From: Paramoeba atlantica
Taxonomy: Eukaryota; Protista; Discosea
Reading direction: 5' to 3'
DNA: 33,774 bases
NCBI GenBank assembly: GCA_977017575.1
Contig: CDRNVI010000118.1
Span: 1-33,774 of the forward strand
Of the stretch, positions 10,055 through 19,932 are shown in pieces (within the stretch, counting starts at the first letter, position 1; every line of letters starts with the position of its first letter). The notes under the pieces were generated by a model. It was given only the letters and a program-made list of their open reading frames with translations. It was not told where the DNA came from and did not search any database. The translations under genes were made by a program, and so were the position numbers.

Positions 10055-10128
10055 ATAGATGTGATGGAATTGGTAGACATATTAGTTTTAGGCACTAAAT
10101 TTTAGGGGTTCGAGTCCCCTCATCTGTA
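10055..10128 (+). tRNA. trnL: tRNA-Leu(UAG), short variable arm
   Basis: Leu-type D-arm GGAATTGGTAGAC, TTAGT-TT-TAG-GC-ACTAA, 5-nt variable region. Confidence 0.88.
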
Positions 10129-10162
10129 TTGTATGTATAAAAAAAGAAAAAATATTTTTTAT

Positions 10163-10233
10163 AAGGATGTAGTTTAAAGGTAAAATATCTATTTTGGGTG
10201 TAGACGTTATAGGTTCAAATCCTATCGTCCTGA
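10163..10233 (+). tRNA. trnP: tRNA-Pro(UGG)
   Basis: TCTAT-TT-TGG-GT-GTAGA. A1 x G72 mismatch. Confidence 0.92.
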
Positions 10234-10246
10234 TAATTATAATAAC

Positions 10247-10320
10247 AAGGAGGTAGCTTAATAGGCTAAAGCTTTAACCTGTCGAGTTAAAAGATGAGGG
10301 TTCGAATCCCTTCCTCCGCA
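10247..10320 (+). tRNA. trnD: tRNA-Asp(GUC)
   Basis: TTAAC-CT-GTC-GA-GTTAA. Acceptor pairs 1 and 2 mismatched. Confidence 0.9.
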
Positions 10321-10620
10321 TAAAATATAATAAAATATGTTTATTTTATTACTATATAATCAAGATGTTTTGTATATAAAATATAAAATATTATCTATTA
10401 TATCTATTATATCAATTTATGATAAATGTACATTTACCATATGAAATAACAGTCATAAAACATACATATTTTACTTAAAATTTTTTTAAAAAGAGAAAAA
10501 ATTATAAAATAAATAATTATAGTAATTTAAAAGATTTTATTTTTTTAATAAAATAAAAAATTAGTAAATTAATATGATTATTTATTTTAGATATATCTTA
10601 CTTTAATAATATATGATTTA

Positions 10621-10692
10621 TTTTTCTTCGTCTAATGGTTAGGACATTGCTCTTTCACAGCAGAAATAAGGGTTCAAATCCCTTAGAAATGA
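10621..10692 (+). tRNA. trnE: tRNA-Glu(UUC)
   Basis: TTGCT-CT-TTC-AC-AGCAG. Pair 2 is U x U and pair 1 is U:G. Confidence 0.9.
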
Positions 10693-10866
10693 AATTATTT
10701 TATCCGTATTAATTTAATTTAATAAAATTTTTTTGTAAATTTTTGAAATCTATTATACACTGATTTAAGTATATTATTTGTCACATATAATAAGGGGGGT
10801 TTGGGGGGTTTGTATAAGAGATAATATTTTATTTTCATATACAAAAATTTTTATTAATTATTTTTT

Positions 10867-10949
10867 AATGGTGTGATGGAATTGGTAAACATGATAGACT
10901 TAAAATCTATTGCCTTTTAGGCTTGAGGGTTCGAGTCCCTCCTCCAATA
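10867..10949 (+). tRNA. trnL: tRNA-Leu(UAA)
   Basis: ATAGA-CT-TAA-AA-TCTAT, long variable arm GCCT-TTT-AGGC. Pair 2 mismatched. Confidence 0.92.
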
Positions 10950-10967
10950 ACGATGAGTTAATTATTT

Positions 10968-11040
10968 TTTAAGATGGAGTAATAGGTTAACTCAGTGGTC
11001 TCATGAGCCACAGATGTAGGTTCGAGTCCTACTCTTCTTA
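10968..11040 (+). tRNA. trnM: tRNA-Met(CAU), probably initiator
   Basis: D-arm GAGT-AATAGGTTA-ACTC and loop CT-CAT-GA resemble mitochondrial fMet tRNAs. Acceptor pairs 1-3 mismatched. Confidence 0.82.
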
Positions 11041-11139
11041 TATAATTACGTAAATATTATTATGGATTACATTTGAATATGTAATCAATTTTGAATTTTT
11101 ATTAATTAGTAAAATATATGTATAAAAATATTTTCGAAA

Positions 11140-11379
11140 ATGGCAGGACAAGAAATTATGTTAATTTTTGCAAAAAAAGTAGGTGCTGGTTTAGCTACTA
11201 TAGGTTTAGCAGGTGCTGGAGTAGGTATAGGAATAGTTTTTGGAGCTTTTTTAATTGCTTATTCACGTAATACTACAATTAAAAACGATTTATTTGGTTA
11301 TACTTTATTAGGTTTCGCATTAACAGAAGCAATTGCTCTGTTTGCCCTAATGATGGCTTTCTTAATCTTATATACTTAA
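11140..11379 (+). CDS. atp9: ATP synthase subunit 9 (c)
   Basis: [25 protein letters not shown]...[12 protein letters not shown] (proton-binding Glu). Confidence 0.97.
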   Translation: MAGQEIMLIFAKKVGAGLATIGLAGAGVGIGIVFGAFLIAYSRNTTIKNDLFGYTLLGFALTEAIALFALMMAFLILYT

Positions 11380-11406
11380 TCAACCTATTTTTGTTGTTTT
11401 GTATTT

Positions 11407-11480
11407 AATTGGTTAGTTTAATTGGTTAAAATTATGATCTTCTAAATCATTAGATATAGGTTCGAGTCCTATACCAATTA
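11407..11480 (+). tRNA. trnR: tRNA-Arg(UCU)
   Basis: ATGAT-CT-TCT-AA-ATCAT, fully paired acceptor AATTGGT/ACCAATT. Confidence 0.92.
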
Positions 11481-11488
11481 TAATTTTT

Positions 11489-11569
11489 TATAGTGTGGCT
11501 GAGCGGTAAAGCGGTAGACTGTAAATCTATTGTATTTATACATCGTAGGTTCGAATCCTACCACTTCCA
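11489..11569 (+). tRNA. trnY: tRNA-Tyr(GUA)
   Basis: GTAGA-CT-GTA-AA-TCTAT, long variable arm. Acceptor pairs 1-3 mismatched. Confidence 0.92.
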
Positions 11570-11629
11570 TTTGATTAAAATATATAATAATGTTGAATAA
11601 TTTTTAAACAAATCATTTTAAAATTTTTT

Positions 11630-12626
11630 TATAAATTTAAAATAGTATTAAACGGATATCTTGCCAATAATAAGTTTATAGACGTTTTAAAACGTAATGT
11701 GAAAGTAAAATAATAATAATTTTTCAATATTCACGTATCTAAAGGGAAAACCCAATTAAATTAAATAATTAAAGAATATCTAATGAATTGAATCATCTTA
11801 GTAATTAGTTAAAAAAAATAAAAATGATATTATTAGTAGTGGCGAGCGAAAATAAAATAGCTAAATTAAACAATAATATAAATAAAAAATATAATAATTT
11901 GGAATAATTAACAAAATAAGTAATAGTCTTGTTATTTTTTATTATTATTATTGGTTTTGAGTAAAATAAAAACTAAATTTGTTTGAAGATTAGAGTACCA
12001 TCTCTAAAGGCTAAAGAATTATTATTGAGCGATAGTGAAAAAGTACTGTGAAGGAAAGATGAAAAGAAATTTTTTAAAAATGTTGAAATAGATTTTGAAA
12101 TTTAATACTAAATAGCACTTTAAGCATAAATAATTATATGTTAAAAGGTACCTTTTGCATAATGGGTCAGTGAGTTAATTATTGTAGCAAAATAAAAAAT
12201 TATTAAATTTTTTAATTGTAATTAATATATTTATAGTTATAATAATTAGACCCGAAACCAAGTGATCTAGTCATGGGCAGATTGAAGTTAATTAAATATT
12301 AATGGAGGATCGAACCCGTTTATGTTGCAATATATTGGGATGACCTATGATTAGGGGTGAAAGGCTAATCAAACTTGGAGATAGCTGGTTTTCTACGAAA
12401 TCTATTTAAGTAGAGATGAAATTTAAATTTATATAAGGTAGAGCTACCATATTGGGTTGTTGAATCCATATGAACTTCAAATAAATATAAAGTAAAAATT
12501 TTAATTTCGATATATGGCGAAAAGGTTGTATATCAAGAGGGAAAGAGCCCAGATTATAAATTAAGGTTTCTAAATTAATATTAAGTTAAAAAGTATATTA
12601 TAATATTAACAATGAATAGGAGGTAG

Positions 12627-12660
<34 letters not shown>

Positions 12661-14405
12661 CAGCTCACTATTGATAGATATTTATATACAAAAATATAAC
12701 GAAAATAAATATTATACCGAAATTATAAAATATTATTTAAAATAATAATATTGGTAGTAGAACGTTTTATAAAAGAAAAAAAAAATTGTTAAATTATAAA
12801 ATTAAAATTGAATATACTGGCATAAGTAGCAAAAATAATGTTATAAACATTATCATCTAAAAATCTAAGGTTTCTAATGTCAAGATAAACTGCATTAGGT
12901 TAATCGGTCCCTAAAATGAATATGATAGTAATAATTGAAGGGTAGTTAAAGAGTTATAAGGATAACATAATATTTTTAACGTTATTAGTAGATGACAGTT
13001 TATTTTTTAAATATTTTAGGATCAAATTTTAATAAATATAGTAAAACATTGTGTGATATATTCGAATATATTGATTGAAATATTTAAAAAATAAATTCAA
13101 GAAAGAATACTAATATATAAAACCGTACTAAATCCTACACAGGAGGATTAGTAGAGAATACTAAGATGAATAATTGAATAATATCGAAGGAACTCGGCAA
13201 ATTAACTCTGTAACTTCGGGAGAAAGAGTATTTTTATATATACATTATATGTATATAAAAATGTAACAGAATAGAGGATGGCGACTGTTTAACAAAAACA
13301 CAGGACTTTGCAAAATTAATTAATGATGTATAAGGTCTGACACCTGCCCGGTGCTATAAAGGTAATTGTTATTGTTAATATATTATTTAATGTATTAGCT
13401 TTATATAGAATGAATAGTAAACGGCAGCTGTAAATATAACGGTTCGAAGGTAGCGAAATTCCTTGTCGAGTAAGTTTCGACCTTGCATGAATGGTGTAAC
13501 GACTATCCTACTGTCTCCGGTATTATATTAGCGAAATTGAATTCTCTGTGCAGATGCAGCGTATTAATAGCTAGACGGAAAGACCCTATGCACCTTTACT
13601 GCAGTTATATTTTGTTATTAAAAATTAAATTTATAGGATACAAACTAATCGTTTTAAAATTTTAATATTAGTTAATTGTTTAGATAATCTTGGAATAGTT
13701 TGAATTTAATTTTTAAAACTTAATAATTTTTTATTGACAGAATATATTTGGTAGTTTCTCTGGGGCGGAGACCTCATAAAATGTAACTGAGGTGTACAAA
13801 GGTAATTAAAATTTTATTAGAAAATTTTGGCGTGTAATGGCTAAAAATTACTTAACTGTGAGATTTACAAATCAAACAGAGATCTTTTTTATTAAAAAGG
13901 TCGGTCATAGTGATCCAATATAATTGAATGGAAAATATATTGCTCAACGGATAAAAGGTACGCTAGGGATAACAGGCTTATGACTCCGGAGAGAAGATAT
14001 CGACGGGGTTGTTTGGCACCTCGATGTCGATTGGTCACATCCTGGTTAAGAAAAATGTTCCAAGGGTAAGGCTGTTCGCCTTTTAAAGTGGCACCTGAAT
14101 TGGGTTCAGAACGTCGTGAGACAGTTCGGTTCCTATCTACTATTAATTAATTAAAATTGAAGGAATCTTATCTTAGTACGAAAGGACTGGAGAAGGAATA
14201 TCACTGGTAAATCGGTTGTAATTATAATTGCATAGTCGAGTAGCTAAATATTAATAATATAATTATTGAATTCAATCAGATATAAGAAGATTATCCTAAA
14301 ATATTTTAAAAGTATTGATTGTAAAAGATTATTACGAAATTAAGTTATGTGTGTAAGTCCTGTGAAGGATTGAGCTAAATAATTTTAAGAATCAATCTAA
14401 TTTAT
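11630..14405 (+). rRNA. rnl: Mitochondrial large subunit rRNA (ends approximate, no intron evident)
   Basis: Conserved 23S-like blocks: AGTACTGTGAAGGAAAG, GACCCGAAACC, AGCTGGTTTTC, GTAACTTCGGGAGAA, GGTAGCGAAATTCCTTGTC, ACCTCGATGTCG, GAACGTCGTGAGACAGTTCGG, AGTACGAAAGGAC. Confidence 0.95.
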
Positions 14406-14530
14406 AAAAAGAAAAAAGAAAAAAGAAAAAAAATTTCTATATAAGAAAAAATAAAATATATAATATTTTGAAAATATTATATGTAATAAAACAACAAACT
14501 TTAAATTAAAGTTTGTAATTTGTAAAACAA

Positions 14531-14603
14531 TACTTGGTAGTTTCAATGGTAAAATAATTGGCTGTTAACCAATCAGATGTAGGTTCGAATCCTGCCCAGG
14601 TCG
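14531..14603 (+). tRNA. trnN: tRNA-Asn(GUU)
   Basis: ATTGG-CT-GTT-AA-CCAAT, G73. U1 x C72 mismatch. Confidence 0.9.
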
Positions 14604-14617
14604 TTGTATAAAAATAA

Positions 14618-14706
14618 GTTTATGTGGCTGAGTGGTTTAAAGTAATCCTCTTGAAAAGGATCGTATAATTTTAATTATACCGTGGGTTCGAATCCCACCA
14701 TAATCT
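14618..14706 (+). tRNA. trnS: tRNA-Ser(UGA)
   Basis: ATCCT-CT-TGA-AA-AGGAT, long variable arm GTATAATT/AATTATAC. Pair 2 is U x U. Confidence 0.92.
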
Positions 14707-14769
14707 TAATATAAAAAAAAAGGAAAAAATTTATGTAAATTATATAATATATAATATATTATATATAAA

Positions 14770-16298
14770 TACTTGTATGTTTTATTCTGGCTTTGAGTAA
14801 ATGCTAGTAGTTCGCTTAACACATGCTAGTCAATTAAAATTTAAAATTTAAAATTAATGGCGTAAGGGTGAGTAATATATAAAAACGGGACTTATAATTA
14901 TGTTTATATTATAAACTGGTTTATAAAGATTTAGGTAGTTGGAGGTGTAATAGACTAACAAGCCGATAATTCTTAGTTGATCTTAGAAGGAGGTACAACC
15001 ACATTGGGAATGAGAAAAGGCCCAAGTTCCATTAGGAGGCAGCAGTGAGGAATATTGAACAATGAGCGAAAGCTTGATTCAGCGAAACTACCTGAATTAT
15101 GACAATTTATTGAAAAATTCTTGTTTAAGTGAGCATAATGAGGTTAAACTTAAGAATAAGCATCGACTAACTTCGTGCCAGCAGTCGCGGTGATACGGAG
15201 GATGCGGGTGTTACTCAGCATTACTGGGCGTAAAGCGTATGATAAGTGGTTTATTTTTTAATAATATAATTTTAAAGGCGTTATTAGTAATAATGAATAA
15301 ATTATATATTAGTAAACTAAGAGTATTATTCAGATATATAGTATTCATAGAGGAAAGGTGAAATTTTATGATACTATGGAGACTATCAGAAGGTGAAAGC
15401 TATATATTAGATTTATACTGACACTAAAGTACGAAGGTATGGGTATCAAAGAGGATTAGAGACCCTTGTAGTCCATACAGACAACGATGGATGCTAACTG
15501 TAGGAAATATTTTTGTGGTTTAGCTAACGCGTAAGCATCCCGCCTGGGGAGTATGATCGCAAGATTTGAACTCAAAGAAAGTGGCTGAGATTTGGTACGA
15601 ACGGTGGAACATGTGGTTTAATCTGATATAACGCATAAAATCTTACCAATTCTAGATTGAAAAAAATTATAATAAATATAGTAAACTTTATATAATTTTT
15701 TTAAGCAGGTGTCGCATGGCTGTCGTCAGCTCGTGTAGTGATATGTATGGTTAGGTCCTGTAACGAGTGTAATCCTTACAATATAATAAAATATATGATA
15801 TATTATTATATTATTATATGTTATATTATTATATGTTATATTATTATATTTTATTATATTGTATTATTAATTATATATTAAATGAAATAGAGGAGGACGT
15901 CAAGTAGGTATGGCCCTGATGAATTGGGCTACACACGTGTTACAAAAATAATTACAAAAAAAAAATAAATTGTGAAATTTATTTAAATTATAAAGATTAT
16001 TATAGTTCGGATTATTTTTTGAAAATAAAAATATGAAGTTGAAATCGTCAGTAATCGAAAATTAGAATGTTTCGGTGAAATGGGATCCAAATCTAGTACA
16101 CACTGCCCGTCACGCCAAGAAAGTTGTTAATATTGGAAAAATTATAATTAATAATTTATATTTATTAATTATTTTTAATCTATTGGAGATAATTAATTTT
16201 TAATAAAATATTATTAATTATTTAATTTGAATGTATTGATAGTAATCAGGGTGAAGTCGTAACATGGTAGTGGTAGGGGAACCTGCCGCTGGATGGAA
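14770..16298 (+). rRNA. rns: Mitochondrial small subunit rRNA (ends approximate)
   Basis: CTTAACACATGC, GGAGGCAGCAGT, GTGCCAGCAGTCGCGGT, GGATTAGAGACCC, CATGGCTGTCGTCAGCTCGTG and GAAGTCGTAACATGG. No anti-Shine-Dalgarno CCTCC at the 3' end. Confidence 0.95.
15806..15850 (+). repeat. Three tandem copies of the 15-mer TTATATTATTATATG inside rns
   Basis: Copies at 15806-15820, 15821-15835 and 15836-15850 (last with a G>T change). Confidence 0.85.
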
Positions 16299-16299
16299 A

Positions 16300-16410
16300 A
16301 TAAATTTATATTTTTTTAAAGGTAAGCTTATCGAACCCCTTTAAAATATTATATATTAAATTATATTCTCGTAAAAATTTTTTATAAGAGTGTATAATTT
16401 ATATTAATAC
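16300..16410 (+). ncRNA. Candidate highly AT-rich mitochondrial 5S rRNA
   Basis: Immediately after rns: 9-bp helix 16314-16322/16338-16346 closing a loop with TCGAAC, and a second helix 16360-16370/16388-16398. Folded by eye only. Confidence 0.3.
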
Positions 16411-16423
16411 AAATCATATTTTA

Positions 16424-16512
16424 GGTGAGTTGACCGAGTGGTTGAAGGTGTCGATCTGCTAAATCGATATATTATTCATATAATATCATGGGTTCGAATC
16501 CCATACTTACCT
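16424..16512 (+). tRNA. trnS: tRNA-Ser(GCU)
   Basis: TCGAT-CT-GCT-AA-ATCGA, long variable arm, acceptor fully paired. Confidence 0.92.
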
Positions 16513-16545
16513 TATAAAAAAATAATTTGTAATTAAAAAAAGTTT

Positions 16546-16618
16546 TTGGGGGTAGCTCAGTAGGTAGAGCGAAAGCCTGAAAAGCTTTAGGTCATTGGTT
16601 CAAACCCAATTCTCCACA
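16546..16618 (+). tRNA. trnF: tRNA-Phe(GAA)
   Basis: AAAGC-CT-GAA-AA-GCTTT, A73. U1 x C72 mismatch. Confidence 0.92.
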
Positions 16619-16735
16619 TAAAACTTATATTAAATTTAATTATATATGGAATCATTAAAAAGAAAAAGAAAGAAAATTAAAAAAATAGAAAAAGTTTAAA
16701 AAAATAGAAAAATTAAGGAAAGAAATAATACAAAT

Positions 16736-17317
16736 ATGTTTGAAAAAAAAGAAAGTTTAATAAAAAATAGAAAAATTAAATTAATAAAAATTAATAGATT
16801 TAAATTACCTTCAGTTACTTGATTATATAAAAAAAGGTTTAATATAAAATTAAAAAGCAAGTATATATATGCAGCAAAATTATCTTTTTTTAAAAAAAGA
16901 TATTTATTTATTAATATACTAAAAAATTTTTTAAAGGGTTCAAAATTAGATTGGTTATCTTTGAAATTTTGTACTATTAATTTAATATTAAAATTTAGAA
17001 AAAATACTTATTTAAATTTTTCGCATATTAATGGTAATGTAATAAAAAATTTTTCATGTGGTTTTTATTATAAAAAATCATTAAAAAAAACATATTTTGC
17101 TTTAAATTCATTAATTGTAGCTTCAAAAATTGATTTTAAATATTTATATATGAAAAAATGATTCATATTAAATATAATTTATAAATATTATACTCGTAAA
17201 ATTTTGAGAAATTTAAAAGAATTATTTGAGACTACACCTTATAATTTAAAATTTATTAATTTTATAAAATCAAAAGCTCATAATGGTATAAGAAAGAAAA
17301 AGAGAAGAAGAAAATAA
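16736..17317 (+). CDS. rps11: Ribosomal protein S11 with basic N-terminal extension (193 aa, code 4)
   Basis: KNTYLNFS..NGNV..FSCG and C-terminal AHNGIRKKKRRRK. Confidence 0.82.
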
Positions 17318-17320
17318 TAA

Positions 17321-17645
17321 ATGAAAAAGAAAAAAATTATAAATTATTTAGATAATTCTTTTTTAAGTTTATTATCTATAGAATATAAAAAAAAATTAAA
17401 TAATAATATATCTATTGAATTAAAGTATTTTTATTGATTATATAAGAATGTATATATACGTAATATTAAAGGATTAATTATAAATTTTAATAAAAAACAA
17501 TATTTAAATATGGAAAGTTTTTTATTATATATATAGGTATAAAAATATACGATTAAATCAATTATATTTTGTTACTTCACCTTTTAATCTATTTTTAAAA
17601 TATAAAATTAGTAATATTAAAAAATATAAATTATATATATTATAA
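17321..17645 (+). CDS. Unassigned ORF, TAG at 17534-17536 then open in another frame to 17645; weak rps2-like N-terminal pattern
   Basis: ATG 17321 follows rps11 closely. W..K..YI....G.II(N)F pattern. Adding 2 nt to the (AT)n run at about 17526-17535 gives a continuous frame ending just before nad9. Confidence 0.3.
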
Positions 17646-17657
17646 ATAAAAAAAAAT

Positions 17658-18248
17658 ATGTTATTAAAAAAAAATAGTAATAATTATGCTGTAAATTATA
17701 TATTAAATTTACTAATTAAATATATTTCGCATATAAAAATAACAGATGAATTTATTAAAATTAAATTAGTATCAAAAGATTATTTAGGTTTTGTTTTAAA
17801 TATTTTTAATAAGCATACTTTTTTAAGATATAAGGTAATAACTGATATTTGCTGTAGTGATTTTATTGATAGAGCTAAACGTTTTGAAATTGATTATAAT
17901 TTATTAAGTATAGATTATAATTCTAGATTAATTATTTCTGTATCTTGTGATAAATTAGATGTTATAAGATCTATTACTGATATTTATTTAGGTGCCGATT
18001 GGTTAGAACGTGAAGTTTGAGATATGTATGGTATTTTTTTCATGGGTCATAAAGATTTAAGACGTATATTAACCGATTATGGTTTTGAAGGTTATCCGTT
18101 TCGTAAAGATTTTCCTTTAAATGGTTATTTAGAAATAAGGTATGATGAAGATAAACAATATTTGATTTATGAGCCTATTGAATTAATGCAAAATATGAGA
18201 TCATATAGTTTTACTAATCCTTTATTAAATAAAAAATATATACTTTAA
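17658..18248 (+). CDS. nad9: NADH dehydrogenase subunit 9 (196 aa, code 4)
   Basis: [17 protein letters not shown](TGA)[30 protein letters not shown]. Confidence 0.95.
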
Positions 18249-18252
18249 AAAC

Positions 18253-19437
18253 GTGAATAAAATATTTAAAAAAATAAAAACTTTTACAATTAATTTTGGA
18301 CCACAGCATCCAGCAGCTCATGGAGTTTTAAGATTAATATTAGAATTAAATGGTGAAATTATAGAAAGAGCTGATCCTCATATAGGATTATTACATAGAG
18401 GTACTGAAAAATTAATAGAATATAAGACTTTTATACAAGCTTTACCTTATTTTGATAGATTAGATTATGTATCTATGATGGCTCAAGAACATTGTTATTC
18501 ATTAGCTGTAGAAACTTTAAGTTCTACTAATGTACCTATAAGAGCAAAGATGATACGTATGATTTTTGGTGAAATAACTAGAATATTAAATCATATTTTA
18601 GGGTTAACTACACATGCGTTAGATGTTGGAGCGATGACACCTTTTTTATGACTTTTTGAAGAACGTGAAAAATTAATGGAATTTTACGAAAGGGTATCAG
18701 GTGCTAGAATGCATGCAGCATATATAAGACCAGGAGGTATTAGTCAAGATATACCTATGTCTTTTTGTGATGATTTATATAAATTTACACAAAATTTTAT
18801 TAACTCTTTAATGGAAATGGAAGAATTATTAAATAGAAATAGAATATGAAAGCAACGTTTAGTTGATGTAGGTATATTAGATTATAATCAAGCACAAACT
18901 TGAGGTTGTAGTGGAGTTATTTTAAGAGGATCTGGTATTCCTTGAGATATTAGAAAAAGTGAACCTTATGAATTATATAATGAAGTTGATTTTAAATCTT
19001 ATATAGGAAATAAAGGTGATTGTTTTGATAGATTTTTAATTAGATTAAAAGAAATGCATGAGAGTTTAAAAATAATTTTACAACTTTTAAATAATTTAAA
19101 AGAAGGTCCTATTTCAAATTACAATAATAAATTAACTATACCTTCAAGATCATTAATGAAGTTTTCTATGGAATCTTTAATACATCATTTTAAATTATTT
19201 ACAGAAGGTGTTAATATACCTTTTAATGATGTTTATAGATCTATAGAAGCTCCTAAAGGGGAATTTGGTGTTTTTTTAGTTTCGGGAGGATTAAATAGAC
19301 CGGTAAGATGTAAGATAAAAGCACCAGGGTTTAATCATTTACAATTATTAGATACATTATCAAAAGGACATATGATAGCCGACGTTGTTACTATTATAGG
19401 TACTTTAGATATAGTTTTTGGGGAGGTTGATCGTTAA
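18253..19437 (+). CDS. nad7: NADH dehydrogenase subunit 7 (394 aa, GTG start, code 4)
   Basis: [38 protein letters not shown] and C-terminal DIVFGEVDR. Continuous frame with TGA=Trp. Confidence 0.96.
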
Positions 19438-19470
19438 TCAAATATTAATATAATATTAAATATTATATAT

Positions 19471-19926
19471 ATGCAAAAAAAATTAAATCGATTTTTTAAT
19501 TTAAGAATTAATTCTAGAGGTGCCGCTTTTGAAAATTTAAATATAGGACCTAATTTAAGTCCTTATATGAATAGAGAGAAAATCAAAGAATTTTGTAATG
19601 AATTTAATAAACAAACTTTTATATATAGATCGGAAGATTTATTAATATATGTTAGATTATTTTTATATACTGATAAATCATTTGTTTTTTTAATAAAAGG
19701 ACCTTCTTTTAGTACTTTATTAAAATTGGTTTGAAATATTATGAGTTTAACTAATAAAAATATTATGGAAAATTCAATTACATTAAGAAGTCTATATGAT
19801 ATTGTTATATTGCGTAATTATTATTGATTTAAATTATATAATAATTTAAATCAAAATTGAATAAAATTGCGATTTAAAAATAGTTTTTTTTCTATATCAA
19901 ATTTACAAATTAATAAAATTATATAA
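19471..19926 (+). CDS. rpl11: Ribosomal protein L11 (151 aa)
   Basis: IGPNLSP, EFCNEFN..T and YTDKSF.F.IK.PS.S.LLK. Confidence 0.85.
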
Positions 19927-19932
19927 AAAAAT

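Noticed and set aside
10055-10128. CUN codon reassignment suggested by the odd tRNA-Leu(UAG)
   Set aside because: The D-arm is Leu-type, and the CTT I checked in cox1 (PFLF) falls at a Leu position. There is no positive evidence, although few CUN codons were examined.
10321-10620. RNase P RNA (rnpB) or tmRNA in the long spacer
   Set aside because: I could not see the conserved P4 motifs or a tRNA-like domain, though a covariance search would be needed to exclude them.
13483-13665. 60 aa ORF inside rnl as an intron-encoded endonuclease
   Set aside because: It overlies conserved LSU core sequence, rnl has normal length, and there is no LAGLIDADG or GIY-YIG motif.
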